A stretch of DNA of 63,550 nt, counting the filler, from Sphacelaria rigidula (Eukaryota): the NCBI GenBank assembly GCA_964200075.2. It is 5 parts of 5 records of this genome, joined end to end, with 100 filler letters (N's around TTAATTAATTAA, not from the genome) between each part and the next. Parts side by side here need not be neighbours in the genome. Positions count along the whole stretch, not along the records: positions 25,465 to 38,094 come from CAXNAA020003553.1; positions 38,195 to 50,822 come from CAXNAA020003554.1; 3 more parts are not named here. One strand, written 5' to 3'. Positions 25,465 through 38,340 of this stretch are shown here, piece after piece (positions within the stretch are counted from its first letter, which is position 1; every line of letters begins with the position of its first letter). A model generated the notes under the pieces. The model was not told the origin of the DNA. It did not search any database and saw only the letters and a list, made by a program, of their open reading frames with translations. The translations under genes and the position numbers were made by a program.

Positions 25465-26744
25465 GAGACTGGGATAGAGGCACGCTATCTGTAACGCAAA
25501 CCACGTTCACGGACACGCTCCTGAAGCGTTTTGAGGTGAGGGGGTACTCGGAAATCCCTGCCTTTGTTCCTGTAAAGTTGGAGCCGACAACGGGCGAAGA
25601 CAAGAAGGTGAACCGCCCATACCGTAACGCAGTGGGGGGGTTGATGTGGCTGGCAACAGTCACCAGAGCCGACATCGCGAATTCGGTACGAGCGCTTGCT
25701 CGGCAGTCGCATGACCCATGCGAGAGGCACTGGGAAGCTGTTATGAAAGTGTTGAAGTACCTAAATGAGACGAAGAGTTTTGGACTTACATTCAAGAAAG
25801 CTCATGATGGGCTTTCAGTCTACTGCGATGCAGATTATGCCAAGAAGGAAACGGATAGGCGTTCGGTTTCAGGGGTAGCCGTGATGTACGGTGGTGTGGT
25901 AGTGTCGGCAACGAGCCGCACGCAACACTGCGTAACTCTGTTAACTACGGAGGCAGAGTATGTTGTAATGGCCGAGGGGGCAAAGGAGGGATGGTTTGTG
26001 AAGGCGGTGTTGACATTCTTGCGACCGCAGACTCTGTCGGGAAGCGGGGAGAACCAAGGTATTGTTTTGTCCGAGGACAACGACGGAACAAAAGCTCTGG
26101 CCGAGAATCCTCTCAGTTCTGAGAGGAGTAAGCACATAGACGTAAGATGTCACTTCATTCGAGAGCTGGTGGGGACGGGAAAGGTCAGGGTTGTACACGT
26201 AGGCTCGTTTAGGCTCAGGATGGCAGCATGCAGATAGTTTGACGAAGCCTCTTTCGATCAGCCTGTTTACGAGGCACATACGTTTTTTTTTTAACTTGGA
26301 AGGTGACAAGTAGGTACGTTTTTTGTGTGTACCATTGTGCTCGTGCCGGGTATTTTTGGATGTTCAAGTGATTTAGTTATGCGCATTTTGGGTTAAGCCA
26401 CCCACGCTACTTTGAGGGACATGGGTTCTGTAGGGCGTTTCCTGACATGTCGTATATCTGCCTTGATCGGCGTCCATGGATTCTCTAGATGGAGCACAAG
26501 CTGTTGAGGGGAGGGGGTTTCTGCCCGGATGGCCTGGTTTCCCCCTTGAAACTTTTCTCTTTTAGAGAGAGAAACCACTGATGTACCGGTTCAGAGGGGG
26601 TGTTCATGTGAACAGGTACACTGAGTGAACATGCACATATGCGGATAGATGAATGCGGACGTGCGGGTACTGGTAGTCGAGTGTGTGTGACCACAACACC
26701 CCGCTCACGGCAGCTACGACGCTGCCTGCCGAGCTCACTCAACA
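25465..26744 (+). mobile_element. Ty1/copia 3' end: RT C-terminus, RNase H, PPT and 144-bp 3' LTR
   Basis: ORF 25536-26237 contains YRNAVGGLMWL, TRADIA, YCDADYA, RRSVSG, TTEAEY and SKHIDVR. A frameshift precedes ADSLTKPL. The PPT CAGAGGGGG is followed by an LTR TGTT(26601)..AACA(26744). Confidence 0.92.
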
Positions 26745-27973
26745 TCTGATCCCCCAGTCATAGGGTCGACTCAGTCTAGGCACTCTCCAATAATACAAAG
26801 ATAAAAGTATCTATCCTTCGCCACGGGCCACGGAATACAGGTTGTCGTTACCGTGCGCTCGTGTACTGTACGTAGATTTGTGTGAGCGTTGCCGGCATCC
26901 GAGGTTATCGGGACAGAGCGGGCGAGGAGCAGAAGCAAAAATACGAACCTCGCAAAGCCCGCCAGACTTCTCGGTGTTTGACAGTGTTTCTTGATCATTT
27001 TTTTTCAACAATTTCAACAACAAAAAGTCACAAGAAAAACGCAAAAATACGTGAAAAATGATGACATTTTCCAAGGAATTGCCCTCCGGGAGGAGAAGCA
27101 TTCGTGTCCGAACTGTGCCATCATGTACCGTCACACGGAATTATCATGTCATGATGGAGTCTCGCACACTGTATTATCTAAGGTATCAAGGTAAAGACAC
27201 TGTACTCGAAGTATTGTTCACCGCCCGCCTGGTCTTCAGCTGCATGCACGAGTACGCAGCACCACACCCATGCAGAAAATGACTGTGTACACAACTGTTT
27301 TCTGTTTCACAAACCTGTGATACTGTCTGTCTGTACCATAAAACGCCCCCTCCCGATGTAATGCTCGCGAATTTGAGTCCCCCCGATTTTTTCAAAATCA
27401 GGGTCTCAAAAAAATCGAGATTTGTTTCCGTAAAAGTTACTCGTATTCAAATAGCTGTACAAAAATGCGGCGAAACTAGTCTTTGAAAATGCGGCATGAT
27501 CTTCTCAGCAGTGCTGTTTGGGCACCACACGCTTGCACATTGCGCATGTTCCCCGCCATGGCGTCAAGCGTGTCGGGAGATCAACGATGGGAAAGGACAT
27601 CTGCTCCTAACGTATACTAAAATACTACAAAAAAAAGTCGTGGGCGTTGAGACTGCGTTACACAAGACCAAAGTCGCGCCCTGTCAACTGCACCTCGCGA
27701 CCATTCGCTTCTCGTGAAGAGGCGGATGCGGGCTTGCTTTCGTGGCGTCTGAGTTGGGAACTAGGGCATCGCGGGAAGTCCATGGAGACGACAAGTCTTG
27801 AAGCTGCCAAGCAAGCAGCAGGGTATGGATCGGCGGCGTCTGCAAGCACATTTAATCCCACACCCCCGCCAGGTGCGTCGTACTGTCTGTAGTACAGGTA
27901 GCACCGCATTGGCTGTCGGGCCTCCTTTCGGAACAGTAATATAGCGGTTACAGTACAACAGGACTTCGCTGGA

Positions 27974-28310
27974 TATTCGAATGATCGTGTTGATCAGATG
28001 ATCTTGTAGCAGCAACAACCCCTTGCTGCGTGCTCAAAGTGAGAAGATGAAGATGTGTTTCAAGTCTTCATTATTACTATCCACACGTACGAAATTGGGT
28101 GAAGAGAGGTGAGGGAAACGGATGAGAGAGGAGGGCGTAGAGCACTACCCTGTCTCGACTGCATACGATCCACAGTCTACTGTCGGCGTTAGATCCACAA
28201 CCAGATACGCTTACAGTTCCCAAAATATGGGAACTCGAAACAATTTGCCGTTCTTGAACCGCAAGGAATCTTGTCAACAGCATGTCTCGAAAACTCGAAA
28301 CCTCCTAATT
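27974..28310 (-). repeat. 3' LTR of the minus-strand copia
   Basis: Follows the PPT, and its 27974-28080 part is a direct repeat of 37676-37805. Confidence 0.75.
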
Positions 28311-28388
28311 TCCCCGCTCATGCTTCTGGCTTTTGTTCGTAGATCGATCATACTGAATATTCTCCTCTTTATCGACTAAGAAGCCTGA

Positions 28389-29914
28389 GGCCGTTTCTTC
28401 CGGTTGGTTGTTTCCCCTCGTTTTTTGCGAAAAATTACGAGGAGAAAATACCACTAGGAAAATACGATGAGAGATGCTGACCCTGCCTTACGGTTGCAGA
28501 TATATTTTTGTGGGGGGGGGGGGGGTACCAAAAGGACGGTCAGGGGAATTCAAAGGGATGGGCAGGTCAAGGCGAGGTAAAAAGACCTAAAGACTTCGCC
28601 CTACCAAGCTCCCTGTGTTTGTGTAAGAAGACGTGAAACATGGACCTCCCCCCAATCGCTGCTGGCCCAGCCCGCTTTGTGTGCAAACTGACATCTTCTG
28701 TCTATACTGCCATATTCCGTATCCGGCAGTACAGACTAAAGTACTGTACTGTCTAGTGCGCTCCCCCACATCAATTTTAGTGCAGCCGTTGTATATTACC
28801 GTCTCTAACCTGACATGTGCGCGTCTATACTACCGTATGCGGCAGGCAGAGCAGGCAGTATTGTACTGCTTAGTTATGTCTGCACTACACGTTGCCCACA
28901 TCATATTTAGTGCAGCCGTTGTACTACTCTGTACTGTATTGGCAAACCAACATTTGAAGAGTCGGACAAATGATGATTCGTCTGAAAATTACTTGGTTTT
29001 AGTATAATGAGTCGACTCGTGACGAATCAATCTCTAGGTTTTATTTCAGCGTTGAAACCCAGGTAAACGCAGCCCAGACACGTGGAATGGCGCAAAAACT
29101 GCGTGGATACCCCTTGGGCCAGCGATCAACTTTTTTCTCCGTTTTGGGCAATCAGGCCGAAGAAATCGTGAATTTGGTGATTTTGAGTCGTGACGATTTG
29201 TCCTAACCGTGCAACGTTTCCATCCTACTGTACTGCACGTCGTCCAAATCATTTTCGGCAGTCGTTGGATGCAGCATGGCATGTAGATCCTACTGTTCAA
29301 TGCGGCAGTGCAGACAGTACAGTACTGCCTGGGGTTGTCTGTATTGCACGTTGTCCACATATCTCACGTTGCACGCATCATTTTTACTGCAGCCATGCAT
29401 ACTACTGCTGTGTGCGAACTGACACCTGCAACTCACTGCATGAGACAGCACAGAGTAGTACCCTGTCATCTCTGCGCTGGGTACTATCTGTGCTGCAGGT
29501 TTTCGAGAGCACGATCGCTACCAATAGACCATCAGCCCCTGACGACATCTCGCGTGCGCCGGGATGCCGAAGCAAAGTTTGGTCTACTGTAGTGTATAAA
29601 CGGCGCTGTGGATGTTCGACATCGCTGTCAGGAGAGCCCCGTAGATGTCGAAGGGCACAAACATATTCAGGGCTGGCGGGCGTTGCTAGTCTCGCCGCGT
29701 CTCGAACGAAAAATACAAGACGAGAATTCAAGTCGATCTCGTCTAGTATTTCTTCACAAAATACAAGCCAGGATGGCCCATCTCGTAAAATGTCCCCCGT
29801 CTCGTATTTTCCCCTCGAGAATCTTGTGAAATAACCAACCGTAAGTAGCCATCTTGTTATTTCCCCTCGTTATTGCGAATAACGAGGGGAAATAACCAAC
29901 CGGAAGAAACGGCC
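28389..29914. mobile_element. 1.5-kb non-autonomous PIF/Harbinger-like TIR element
   Basis: TIRs GGCCGTTTCTTCCGGTTGGTTGTTTCCCCTCGTT / AACGAGGGGAAATAACCAACCGGAAGAAACGGCC, flanked by TGA and TAA (near the TWA target of Harbinger elements). No transposase is seen. Confidence 0.8.
28961..29208 (+). mobile_element. ~250-bp MITE-like dispersed repeat, copy 1 (nested in the Harbinger-like element)
   Basis: Aligns end to end with 39776-40027 (CAGCGTTG.AACCCAGGTA..CGCAGCCCAG.CACGT.GAATGGCGCAA; CCAGCGATCAACTTTTTTCTC). Confidence 0.75.
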
Positions 29915-30144
29915 TAAGCATGACCTTATTGTTATCGAATAAACTACATTAGATCGAACTTCCTACTATCTTCGCTTATTTCAAATAATAAGGTCCATCA
30001 CAAAATAAAAATAAATGAAAACATTGAAATCTACATCCTGCCTAAGCGGAAATCGCGGTGCCTTGCGAAGCTCTCTCTCCCAATGGCTTCCGTTAGAATA
30101 TCCGCCTGCTGATCTTCTGATTGAAGATACTTCACACAAAGATA

Positions 30145-32034
30145 CACACGTCGGACGGATCACTTTCGATAGGATGCGGGTCATACAGCTCAAGTGTAAA
30201 CACACCTGTGTACTCGATTCGGGCGATACAGCTCAACTGGTTATGGAACGGTCCTCGTGATCCGGATATCATCGGTCAGGAGGGAGGTATCTTGTACGGG
30301 TTATAAGGATACACAGTTTTTTCTTGACATTTCGTGTACACCTGATTCGGACTACATAGGTGTGCCCAAGGAGATCACGTACGAATACTTGGGTCATACG
30401 GATCATCATCAGACATATATGTACGAATCACGAATCACACGGGTCATACAGATCATCATCAGACGGATATGTACGAATCGCACGGGTCATACAGGTCACC
30501 ATCGGACTAGCACCAGTAAATACGTACAGTCAACATACGGACTTGTGAGCATGCATATTGTACCAGGGCCATACGGTTGGCAGGTGAGGAATTCTGAATA
30601 CTGTTGTTTTCTTGCATACTTCATTCGGATGCGCCGACAGTGCACATCTTTAGAGAAAATATGCAGCCCTATCATGGAACCACACGGGATATAATACACG
30701 TACGTCATATTCCACATGGCGGGGTTGCTACAGCCAACATACGGACTTATGAACATGCACATTGTGCCAGGGCCATACGGGTTGGCAGGTGAGGAATTCT
30801 GAATACTGCTGTTTTCTTGCATACTTCATTCGGATGCGCCGACAGTGCACATCTTTAGAAGAAATATGCAGCCCTATCATGGAACCACACGGGATATAAC
30901 ACACGTACGTCATGTTCCATATGCCGGGGTTGCTTCAGCCAACGTACGGACTTATGAACATGCACCTTGTACAGGGGCCATACGGGTTGGCAGGTGGGGA
31001 ATACTAAATACCAGGTACTTCATTCGGATGCGCCGACAGTGCGTATCTTTAGTAAAAATATACAGCCCTACCGCGGAACCACCCGGAAAAAAATATACGT
31101 ACTTCATGTTCCATATGCTCGGGTTGCTACAGCCAATATACGGACTTATGAACATGAACATTGTACCAGGGCCATACGGGTTGGCAGGTGAGGAATTCTG
31201 AATACTGCTGTTTTCTTGCATACTTCATTCGGATGCGCCGACAGTGCATATCTTCAGAAAAAATATGCAGCTCTATCATGGAACCACACGGGATATATTA
31301 CACGTACTTCATGTTCCACATGCCGGGGTTGCTACAGCCAACATACGCACTTATGAACATGCACATTGCACCGGGGCCATACGGGTTGGTAGGTGAGGAA
31401 TTCTGAATACTGTTCATTGTATACTTCATTCGGATGCGCCGACAGTGCACATCTTGAGAAAAAATATGCAGCCCTACCAAGGAACCACACGTGATAAAGT
31501 ATACGTACGTCATGTTCCATATGCCCGGCTTGCTACAGCCAACATACGGACTTGTGAACATGCACATTGTACCAGGGCCGTACGGGTTGGCAGGTGAGGA
31601 ATACTGAATACTGTCGTTTTCTTGCATACTTGATCCGGATCTTGCATACTTGATCCGGATCTTACGGGTGCGGGAAAGGGTTTCTTGTACACTAGATTCG
31701 GATTCCACAAGTAAGGGGTAGCTTTTGGTGTACATGAGATTCGAATCGCACAGGTCGACGACAAGCTACTGCGCTTGCCCAACCCGAGTGATTTAAATCA
31801 CAGCTATGTGATGTTGTACAGATGACACGGGTCTGCAGATCAGCTGTACACGAAAGTGAGTGTGTGAAGTGGGTCGTACAGCTCGTCGCTCGGCGAACAT
31901 GTACGGGTCAAGCGAGTCCTACGGATCAGCATCTGACAAACATGTACGGGTGACGGGTCACCTGGGACGGATCATGATCTATGCCCCAGATGAGCTGACC
32001 CGGATTTGAAACGAGCTGATCCGTCCGACGTGTG
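30145..32034. mobile_element. 1.9-kb non-autonomous TIR element with CACACG termini carrying a tandem array
   Basis: Perfect 18-bp TIR CACACGTCGGACGGATCA / TGATCCGTCCGACGTGTG. It interrupts the copia RNase H coding sequence and has CGGATCA/GGGTCA sub-terminal repeats. Confidence 0.85.
30527..31630. repeat. Satellite-like tandem array, ~205-bp unit, ~5.4 copies
   Basis: Units start at ~30527, 30731, 30936, 31130, 31335 and 31536 (CAGCCAACATACGGACTT..TACTTCATTCGGATGCGCCGACAGTGC..). Confidence 0.95.
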
Positions 32035-33324
32035 CAGGTATGTCACTACTAGCAGCCACCTCCCTGAGAACATTGTTCCGTCCATCGATGTACTTGCTGT
32101 TGGATGTGCTCAAGGGGTTTCCGGCCAAGTCTATCGCCCCCTTGTCCTCAAAAACGTCAATGCTTTTCGACCCCAAACTCGGCATTAGGAACTTCAGAAT
32201 CCCTCTCACATACAGGGCCTCCTTGACACAGTCTGTCGTTTTTACATATTCTGCATCGGTGGTAAATAGGGTGACGCACTTCTGTGTCCTAGAGAACCAA
32301 GACATTACTGTACCTTCGCAGCAAGTAGCAACACCAGAAGTGGAACGTCTGTCCTCAGCCTTGTCGGTGTAGTCTGGATCAATGCATGTATCAAAGTCAA
32401 ACTCCAACCGAAAACATCCCAAGTCGCTACCCTTCTTGAAAAGTAAAACTCAAGTCCGACGCAGCATTCAAATACTCAAGTATCTTCTGTGCCGCCTCAT
32501 AGTCAGCCGGCTTGGGGTCATAAGAGAACCGAGCGATTGCCCGAACCTGCGATGTCGGACCTCGTCTGGTTCGCTATCTACATCAAGCTCCCCACGACGT
32601 CACGAAAAGGCACATCCACCACGGTCTTCTCTTCGCGTGCATGCCTGAGATCTGAAGAAGGGGTGGCGGGAATGGCGCTATTCTTCGAGATGTCATAACG
32701 ATTCAGCACACTCCTAATCAACTGGGTTTGTGAAATCTCCAGAGTATCTTCCTCTCGGACCCTTCCGCACTTACTCCCCGTGTACCACTCTACCTCTCCT
32801 AGATGTTCAGCGGGAAATGTTTGATCGAGTGCACCAACTATCACGTTAGTCACCTCGTCAGCAGCTACTATCATGATGTCGTCCGCATGAAAGACCATCA
32901 TCGCCAAAACGTCACCAGCAACCCTCAATCCAAACACACGGGGCTTTACCAGGCATTGCTCGAAACCATACTCTATCAGGGTTGACGACAAACGTTGATA
33001 CCACGCACGGCCACTCTGCATCAATCCGTACAAAGCCTTGTCAAGACGCACTGCCGTACCAGATACTGATCCACAACCGGAGAGCAGGCACAAGTAGAAA
33101 TCGGTGTCCGACTCCGACTGAATCAAAGCCTGGTCTACATCCATGTGCATCAAATCCCATTCTAGCTTACACGCCATAGCCGCCACCAACCTGTTTGGAG
33201 TAGTAGATACCGTAGGAGCAAATGTCTCAAAGTAGTCTACTCCCTCTACCTGACTGTACCCCATAGAAACCATACGGGCTGCCGCCCTGTCAACCATACC
33301 ATGTGAATTACCCTTCCACTTGTA

Positions 33325-34386
33325 CGAGCTGGGCCAGCCAAGAGTAGGTGTGAATCTCGCTCAGGCGACGCACGGCGTGATATTGGGAGTTGGACGCTGA
33401 AATTTTGACAGCAGCTTTTTATGATCGAAATGCAGAAGATCACGTGATCAGCAAAGAAAAAAACGAAAAAAAGAAGTTACGGGCATTTGAAATTTCAGCA
33501 AAAACAAGATAATGTCATAAGTCCAGGAAAAAATGAGAATCTGCCGCTGCTCACGTAAAGTATCAGTTCCTTGGGTGCAGAAGGTCTACCTGAAATTTCA
33601 GCTCAAGNNNNNNNNNNAATTGGGCCGTGCGTTCAACATTTTCCGTGACGCTGCTGCACCCCTATAAATCAAGTGATGGAAGACTCCAATTACGGAGGTC
33701 ATGAGTTCCAATCCCGACATATTCTCTTCTCTTTTTTCGTCCATCGTTAAGGTCATACAATATGCAGTGCATTTTTTGTTCATTTTTTTTTCATTCAAAG
33801 ACGGTGCCGTGTGTTACCAGGTTGGTCTACACTTCACAGTGACATGCGTATATCGGGTTCATTCGGGAAACTGAGAAAGCTGTGGTGTGAGCAACTTTTC
33901 ACACATCGGACAGATCAGCTCCCTATAGCTCGAGCTAGCTCTATTTGAGCGTAGCTCCCTAGTGACCTCTGAGAGCTACATGAGCTACGCATGTTTTTCC
34001 TGGGGTGAGCTATGAGAGCTGTATGAGCTACGCATGCTTACTGTACGTGAGCTACCAACCCGTAGCTCATCAGCTCATATTCGCCCTGGGTGGGCTATGA
34101 GAGCTGCATGAGCTACGCATATTTACCCTGGATGTGCTACCAACCCGTAGCTCATCAGTTCATATTCGCCCTAGGTGAGCTATGAGAGCTGCATGAGCTA
34201 CGCATGTTTGTTCTGAGTGAGCTACCAACTCGTAGCTCATCACCGAACGTTTACCGCGTGTTGAGCTATCGGGCGTAGCTCACATGTACATGTTGGAGTA
34301 CAAGTGAGCTACCGCCCGCAGATGAGCTAGCTCATGAGCTGTTCTACGTATGCATCTTTTCGCCGCTTCTAAGCTGGCCCAGCTCG
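33325..34386. mobile_element. Non-autonomous Tc1/mariner-like TIR element rich in GAGCT repeats, inserted in copia RT
   Basis: TA|CGAGCTGGGCCAGC ... GCTGGCCCAGCTCG|TG. Removing it restores RT IVGTKSLYKWKG. It contains a 10-N gap and ~87-bp internal repeats at 34000-34240. Confidence 0.8.
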
Positions 34387-37004
34387 TGCAACGATTTAGT
34401 GCCCACAATTATACAACGATTCAGTGCCCACAATGGTGCACCCCTTTGGAATGCCAGTCACCTCTGAAAACGTTCCGGCAGCCATAAGTTCCTCGAACTC
34501 TATCTTCATTGCCTCCACCCACGCATCCGAGTTATTGTGATGAACACGCTGCAGGGTACCAAAACGGCTCCGGCCCGCTTCCCTGAAGAGACATTTAGGG
34601 AGCTCGCCTGGTTTACGGGCAACCTCTTGTACCGCCAGCAACCCATGGATTATTTCCCCCCCCTTCATCGGGCCCTAGCATAGTCACGAGCCCAGATTCT
34701 TCTCGATTAAGCGCTCGCGTCTGCGCTCTGGTTTGCCTAAGCTCCTCGCCATTTCCACATCCAACCCGATTTGACTCCAGTTGGCGCGCCGCCGTCTGCG
34801 CTACCGTTGGAATTGAAACACTGTCGTCCGATGAAAACGAATTGCTCCCCTCCACTGAGAGGTCGCCGTCGGCAGACGACTCACTACTCACCTAATGGCA
34901 TGGCAAGTAGACACCTGAAGAACCAGTTGTGTTGTCGGGGGCCGGCTGGTTTTCATCACTAGAGAACCGCGCTCACCCTCACTTCCATGGTCTGTACTTT
35001 CCGCCGAAAATGTCACTCGATGCTGATGAGAGATTCTTCGCCCCGGTGGCGGTAATGGAGTCGGTGGGGCAGAATCAAAATCATCCAGCCGTCCCGGCTC
35101 TGGAGTGTCTCCCAGCTACAACGTTCCTCCCGGCAGCGACGTCCTGTGCAGCTCCGACGCCGCTGCCAGCTTCGGCGACGCTTTGGCTGTAGCAGTTGTA
35201 CCAGCGGTACCACCACAACTGGCAGCGTGTCCCAGGTGACGTCTCTTGTCACTACTACTTTATTTTCCCGCGTCAGCACCCGCAATGAATCGCGGGGGTG
35301 GTCGATGCCGGGCCCGAGGTAGAAGCTATTCTTGCACTTGGGGAACGACTTTGACGGTCCGTTCCAGCGGCAATAACCCGGACGAAGAAACGGATGTGGT
35401 GCTGCAGGTGCTGCCTCGCCGTGCCACACCTCGCTCGGCGACTTGTTCCCTGAGTTGGACGTCGTCGTGGTGTGATTTAGAGCGTTACACGCCCAGTATA
35501 TCGCCTCAGCCCAGAGAGTCCCCGATGGTGGCAGCTCGACATGTGGAAAGAGGATGAGGGCTTGGAGATGAGCGGCAAGCGCGACGTTTCGAATGATACC
35601 CAGAGCTCTCGGCAACGCCGTTCAGTTGCGGACACTTCGCGCTGGTGACTTCCGGCTTAATGCAGTAGTGCGTACACTCGCCTTCAAAATCACGACCAAA
35701 ATATTCCCCTCCGTCGTCAGACCCAACTCATGTTTCTTTCGAAGATCCACCATCCGCACGTACATCAGCCAAAGTCTTCCTGGAGGCATCAGCGGTATCG
35801 GACTTCCGCTCGAGAAAATATACCCATGCGTACCGAGTGAAGTCATCCTTCACTGTCATGACATAGTTATTCCCTAGCAGTGAAGGACTCCTCTTGGGAC
35901 CACGAAGATCAACGAAAACTCTTCCTAGTTTTTGTGAAATGAGATTTCGTGCTGTTTGCGATCGGCTTCCGGCACCCCTTTGCCTAAGAGCGTCCTGTAC
36001 ACTGTCTCAAGTTACCCAGTAGCTCTATACCTAGCGATTTTGCTGTCTTTATCAACAGAAATTCATTGGCATGTCCCTGCACACAGTGTAAAACGTTAAT
36101 GTTTACGGCAGTCTCGCGTGAGTCAGCACTATCGGGGGCCATCCCAGGGAACACCAGGAGAACAGGGTGGTCAGGTTGCACTGGATTTTCGACTATCCAC
36201 CTCTTGGTGTTATCCTTACTGTTATCACGCTCCCTCGCTGCATCCTTCGTACTTTGTTGCACACCGATCGACAAACACGCTATGGTATCACCAGAGCCGC
36301 CGTGTGATTTCTTTGGGGCTGGGATGACGTGTGAGTTACAGTCGAATCATCGATGCCCGGGCTCTAAGCAACGGTGACACTTGTTTCGCATGTCGTCGTA
36401 CTTTTTGCCTACGTTTTTATTACTGCTGTTTTGATCAGTCTTGTCCGCTACAGTACCACTGGAAACACCCCCACCACCTTTGGCGCCATCTTGATTACGA
36501 TGTCGGCGGATGGGCTTGCTCGTAATGAGAGCTTGCCCTTCGTCGCGGTTCTTCGTACCATTCCTAGACATGAGCGTGCATCTCTGTCGTACAATAGTCT
36601 CTATCTCTGCTCGGGTAATGTTGTGTCTGTAAAAGATTATACGCCATTCGTACTCGTAGTCGCTTGTGAGTACCTCGACTATCATGAGATTAACATCCTC
36701 TACAGGCATATGTACCCCTGGTGATACTAGTACAACCACAATCTTATCTACGCGTGGGAGAAACTTCATTGGATCGTCCTTTTTCTCCACCTACAACTCG
36801 TTGAAAGGCGTTCCCCCATCGATTTTTTTCCGGAAAGGATCCTTGGGAGGAACCAATTACCTACTTGATAGTTCACGGTCCGTGGTGCTCTCCGTCAAAC
36901 ACGTCCAAGCAATACGTGCTCGTCGCATGCTTGTCTCACTCAACCTTGGTCAGCCAAAAACTGGGAAGTAACGGAGGGGTCACGCACGGGCATGAGTGAT
37001 GCTA

Positions 37005-37240
37005 CGGTAGGGGTACACAAATAATATCTGAGGTTGGAATTGTTAGGAGCCCTTTATCTCATCCAAAACACGACGTATGATACACGTCAGAGTACGCCAG
37101 GATTACTCTATCCCAATGTGCTAGGGATATCTCGAATGAATTTGCAAACGGGGATATCCTGACCCATTTTCTTGTGCATCTAAAATCGTTAGGAGCCCCT
37201 TGACTAGACAAAATTTCGCGCAAAAAGGGCACCCCTACCG
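37005..37240 (-). mobile_element. ~240-bp MITE, copy 2, inserted in copia gag
   Basis: TA|CGGTAGGGGTACAC ... GGGCACCCCTACCG|TA, the reverse-orientation homolog of 6312-6552. Confidence 0.85.
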
Positions 37241-38094
37241 TAGCGTTGCTCGCATGTCGAAAGCTGAGTAAAAACCTGCATACAACCATTAGATACAGCA
37301 TAGCCCTCGGACCGTCTTTTCCGCAACGGGAAATCAACTCTCCTTCCTAGCTTGGGGACAGCCGTTTTGATGCTGCTTATTTCCCTAGACTCATTACGAC
37401 AGCTGACAGCAGGCTATCGGTGGTAGCTCCACCTCTTCTACCGAAACCAGACCCGGCCCGCTTCCCGACCACAGCACCATCAGGATACGATGCTTGATCT
37501 TCACCGACAGATCCCTCTATTCGCCCGCCTGTGCTTTCCTTCACAGCTTCGATGCGCGCCAGCCTTTCTACCAAGGCCCATGTCTGTGCCTCGAGCAGCG
37601 CCCTCAATTCTTCGACTGCACCGCTTGATCCGCCATCTTAGAACAACGATCCAAGTTTGAACTATTTCGTTAACGTATTCGAATGATCGTGTTGATCAGA
37701 TGACCTTGTAGCAGCAACAGCCCCTTGCTGTGTGCTCAAACAGATTGCTGCCCTCTTGCAGTGAGAAAAAGATGAAGATGTGTTTCAAGTCTTGATTAAT
37801 ACTATTCAGATGTTTTGATATTTTCTTACAATAGTATCGCATCTGTGTGAATTTTGTTCTAGGTCAGATTTTTATTTTATGACTTGTTTTTGCCCTAAGC
37901 TTGAGGTAGTTGACCTGTGACCACGGAAGGCGTCCGCATCAGATGTCTAGTACAGAGTACTGCCCAAACATCGAAACGGTTTTTGATGTCAAGGCAACAA
38001 CAAGAACAACATAACAGTGGATCCTGGAAAATGGGGTTCATCTAAAAAATGAGGTTGAAGTGGCATCTCTCTCTTGCAGGGAAGACGCGAAACA

Positions 38095-38194
38095 NNNNNN
38101 NNNNNNNNNNNNNNNNNNNNNNNNNNNNNNNNNNNNNNTTAATTAATTAANNNNNNNNNNNNNNNNNNNNNNNNNNNNNNNNNNNNNNNNNNNN
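38095..38194. other. Artificial contig spacer
   Basis: N44-TTAATTAATTAA-N44. Confidence 0.97.
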
Positions 38195-38340
38195 AGCAAA
38201 GCACAGAAAGAAATAGCCCACCTAAAAAAAGAAAAAGGAAAACAAGAGGAAAGTACGAAGCAAATGAAATAAAAAATTCAGGTCAAAAAGAGAATCACAT
38301 ACTCGACCACAACCACGCGCGTGCCAAACATAGCACCGAC

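Larger units (their letters stand above)
27974..37805 (-). mobile_element. Nearly full-length decayed Ty1/copia element split by four nested TIR elements
   Basis: In minus-strand order: partial 5' LTR 37805-37676, gag from MADQ (~37636) with CHRCLEPGH, pre-integrase INVLHCVQGH (~36080), integrase LWAEAIYWACNALN (~35500), RT YKWK..YSQVEGVDYFETFAP..LYGLMQSGRAW..FHADD (34540-32580), RNase H 32422-32035 resuming at 30135-30030 (VKYLQSEDQQADILTEAIGRESFARHRDF..*), PPT TGAGCGGGGA (28320-28311) and 3' LTR 28310-27974. Confidence 0.88.

Noticed and set aside
21410..26744. Copia 5' half (contig 2) and copia RT/RH 3' half (contig 3) look like one element
   Set aside because: They are separated by an artificial spacer between size-sorted contigs, with unrelated sequence at 24024-25364, so the juxtaposition is probably coincidental.
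30527..31630. Regularly spaced repeats resembling a CRISPR array or a repeat-protein gene
   Set aside because: The whole ~205-bp unit repeats with no unique spacers, unit lengths are not consistently multiples of three, there are no cas genes and the context is eukaryotic.
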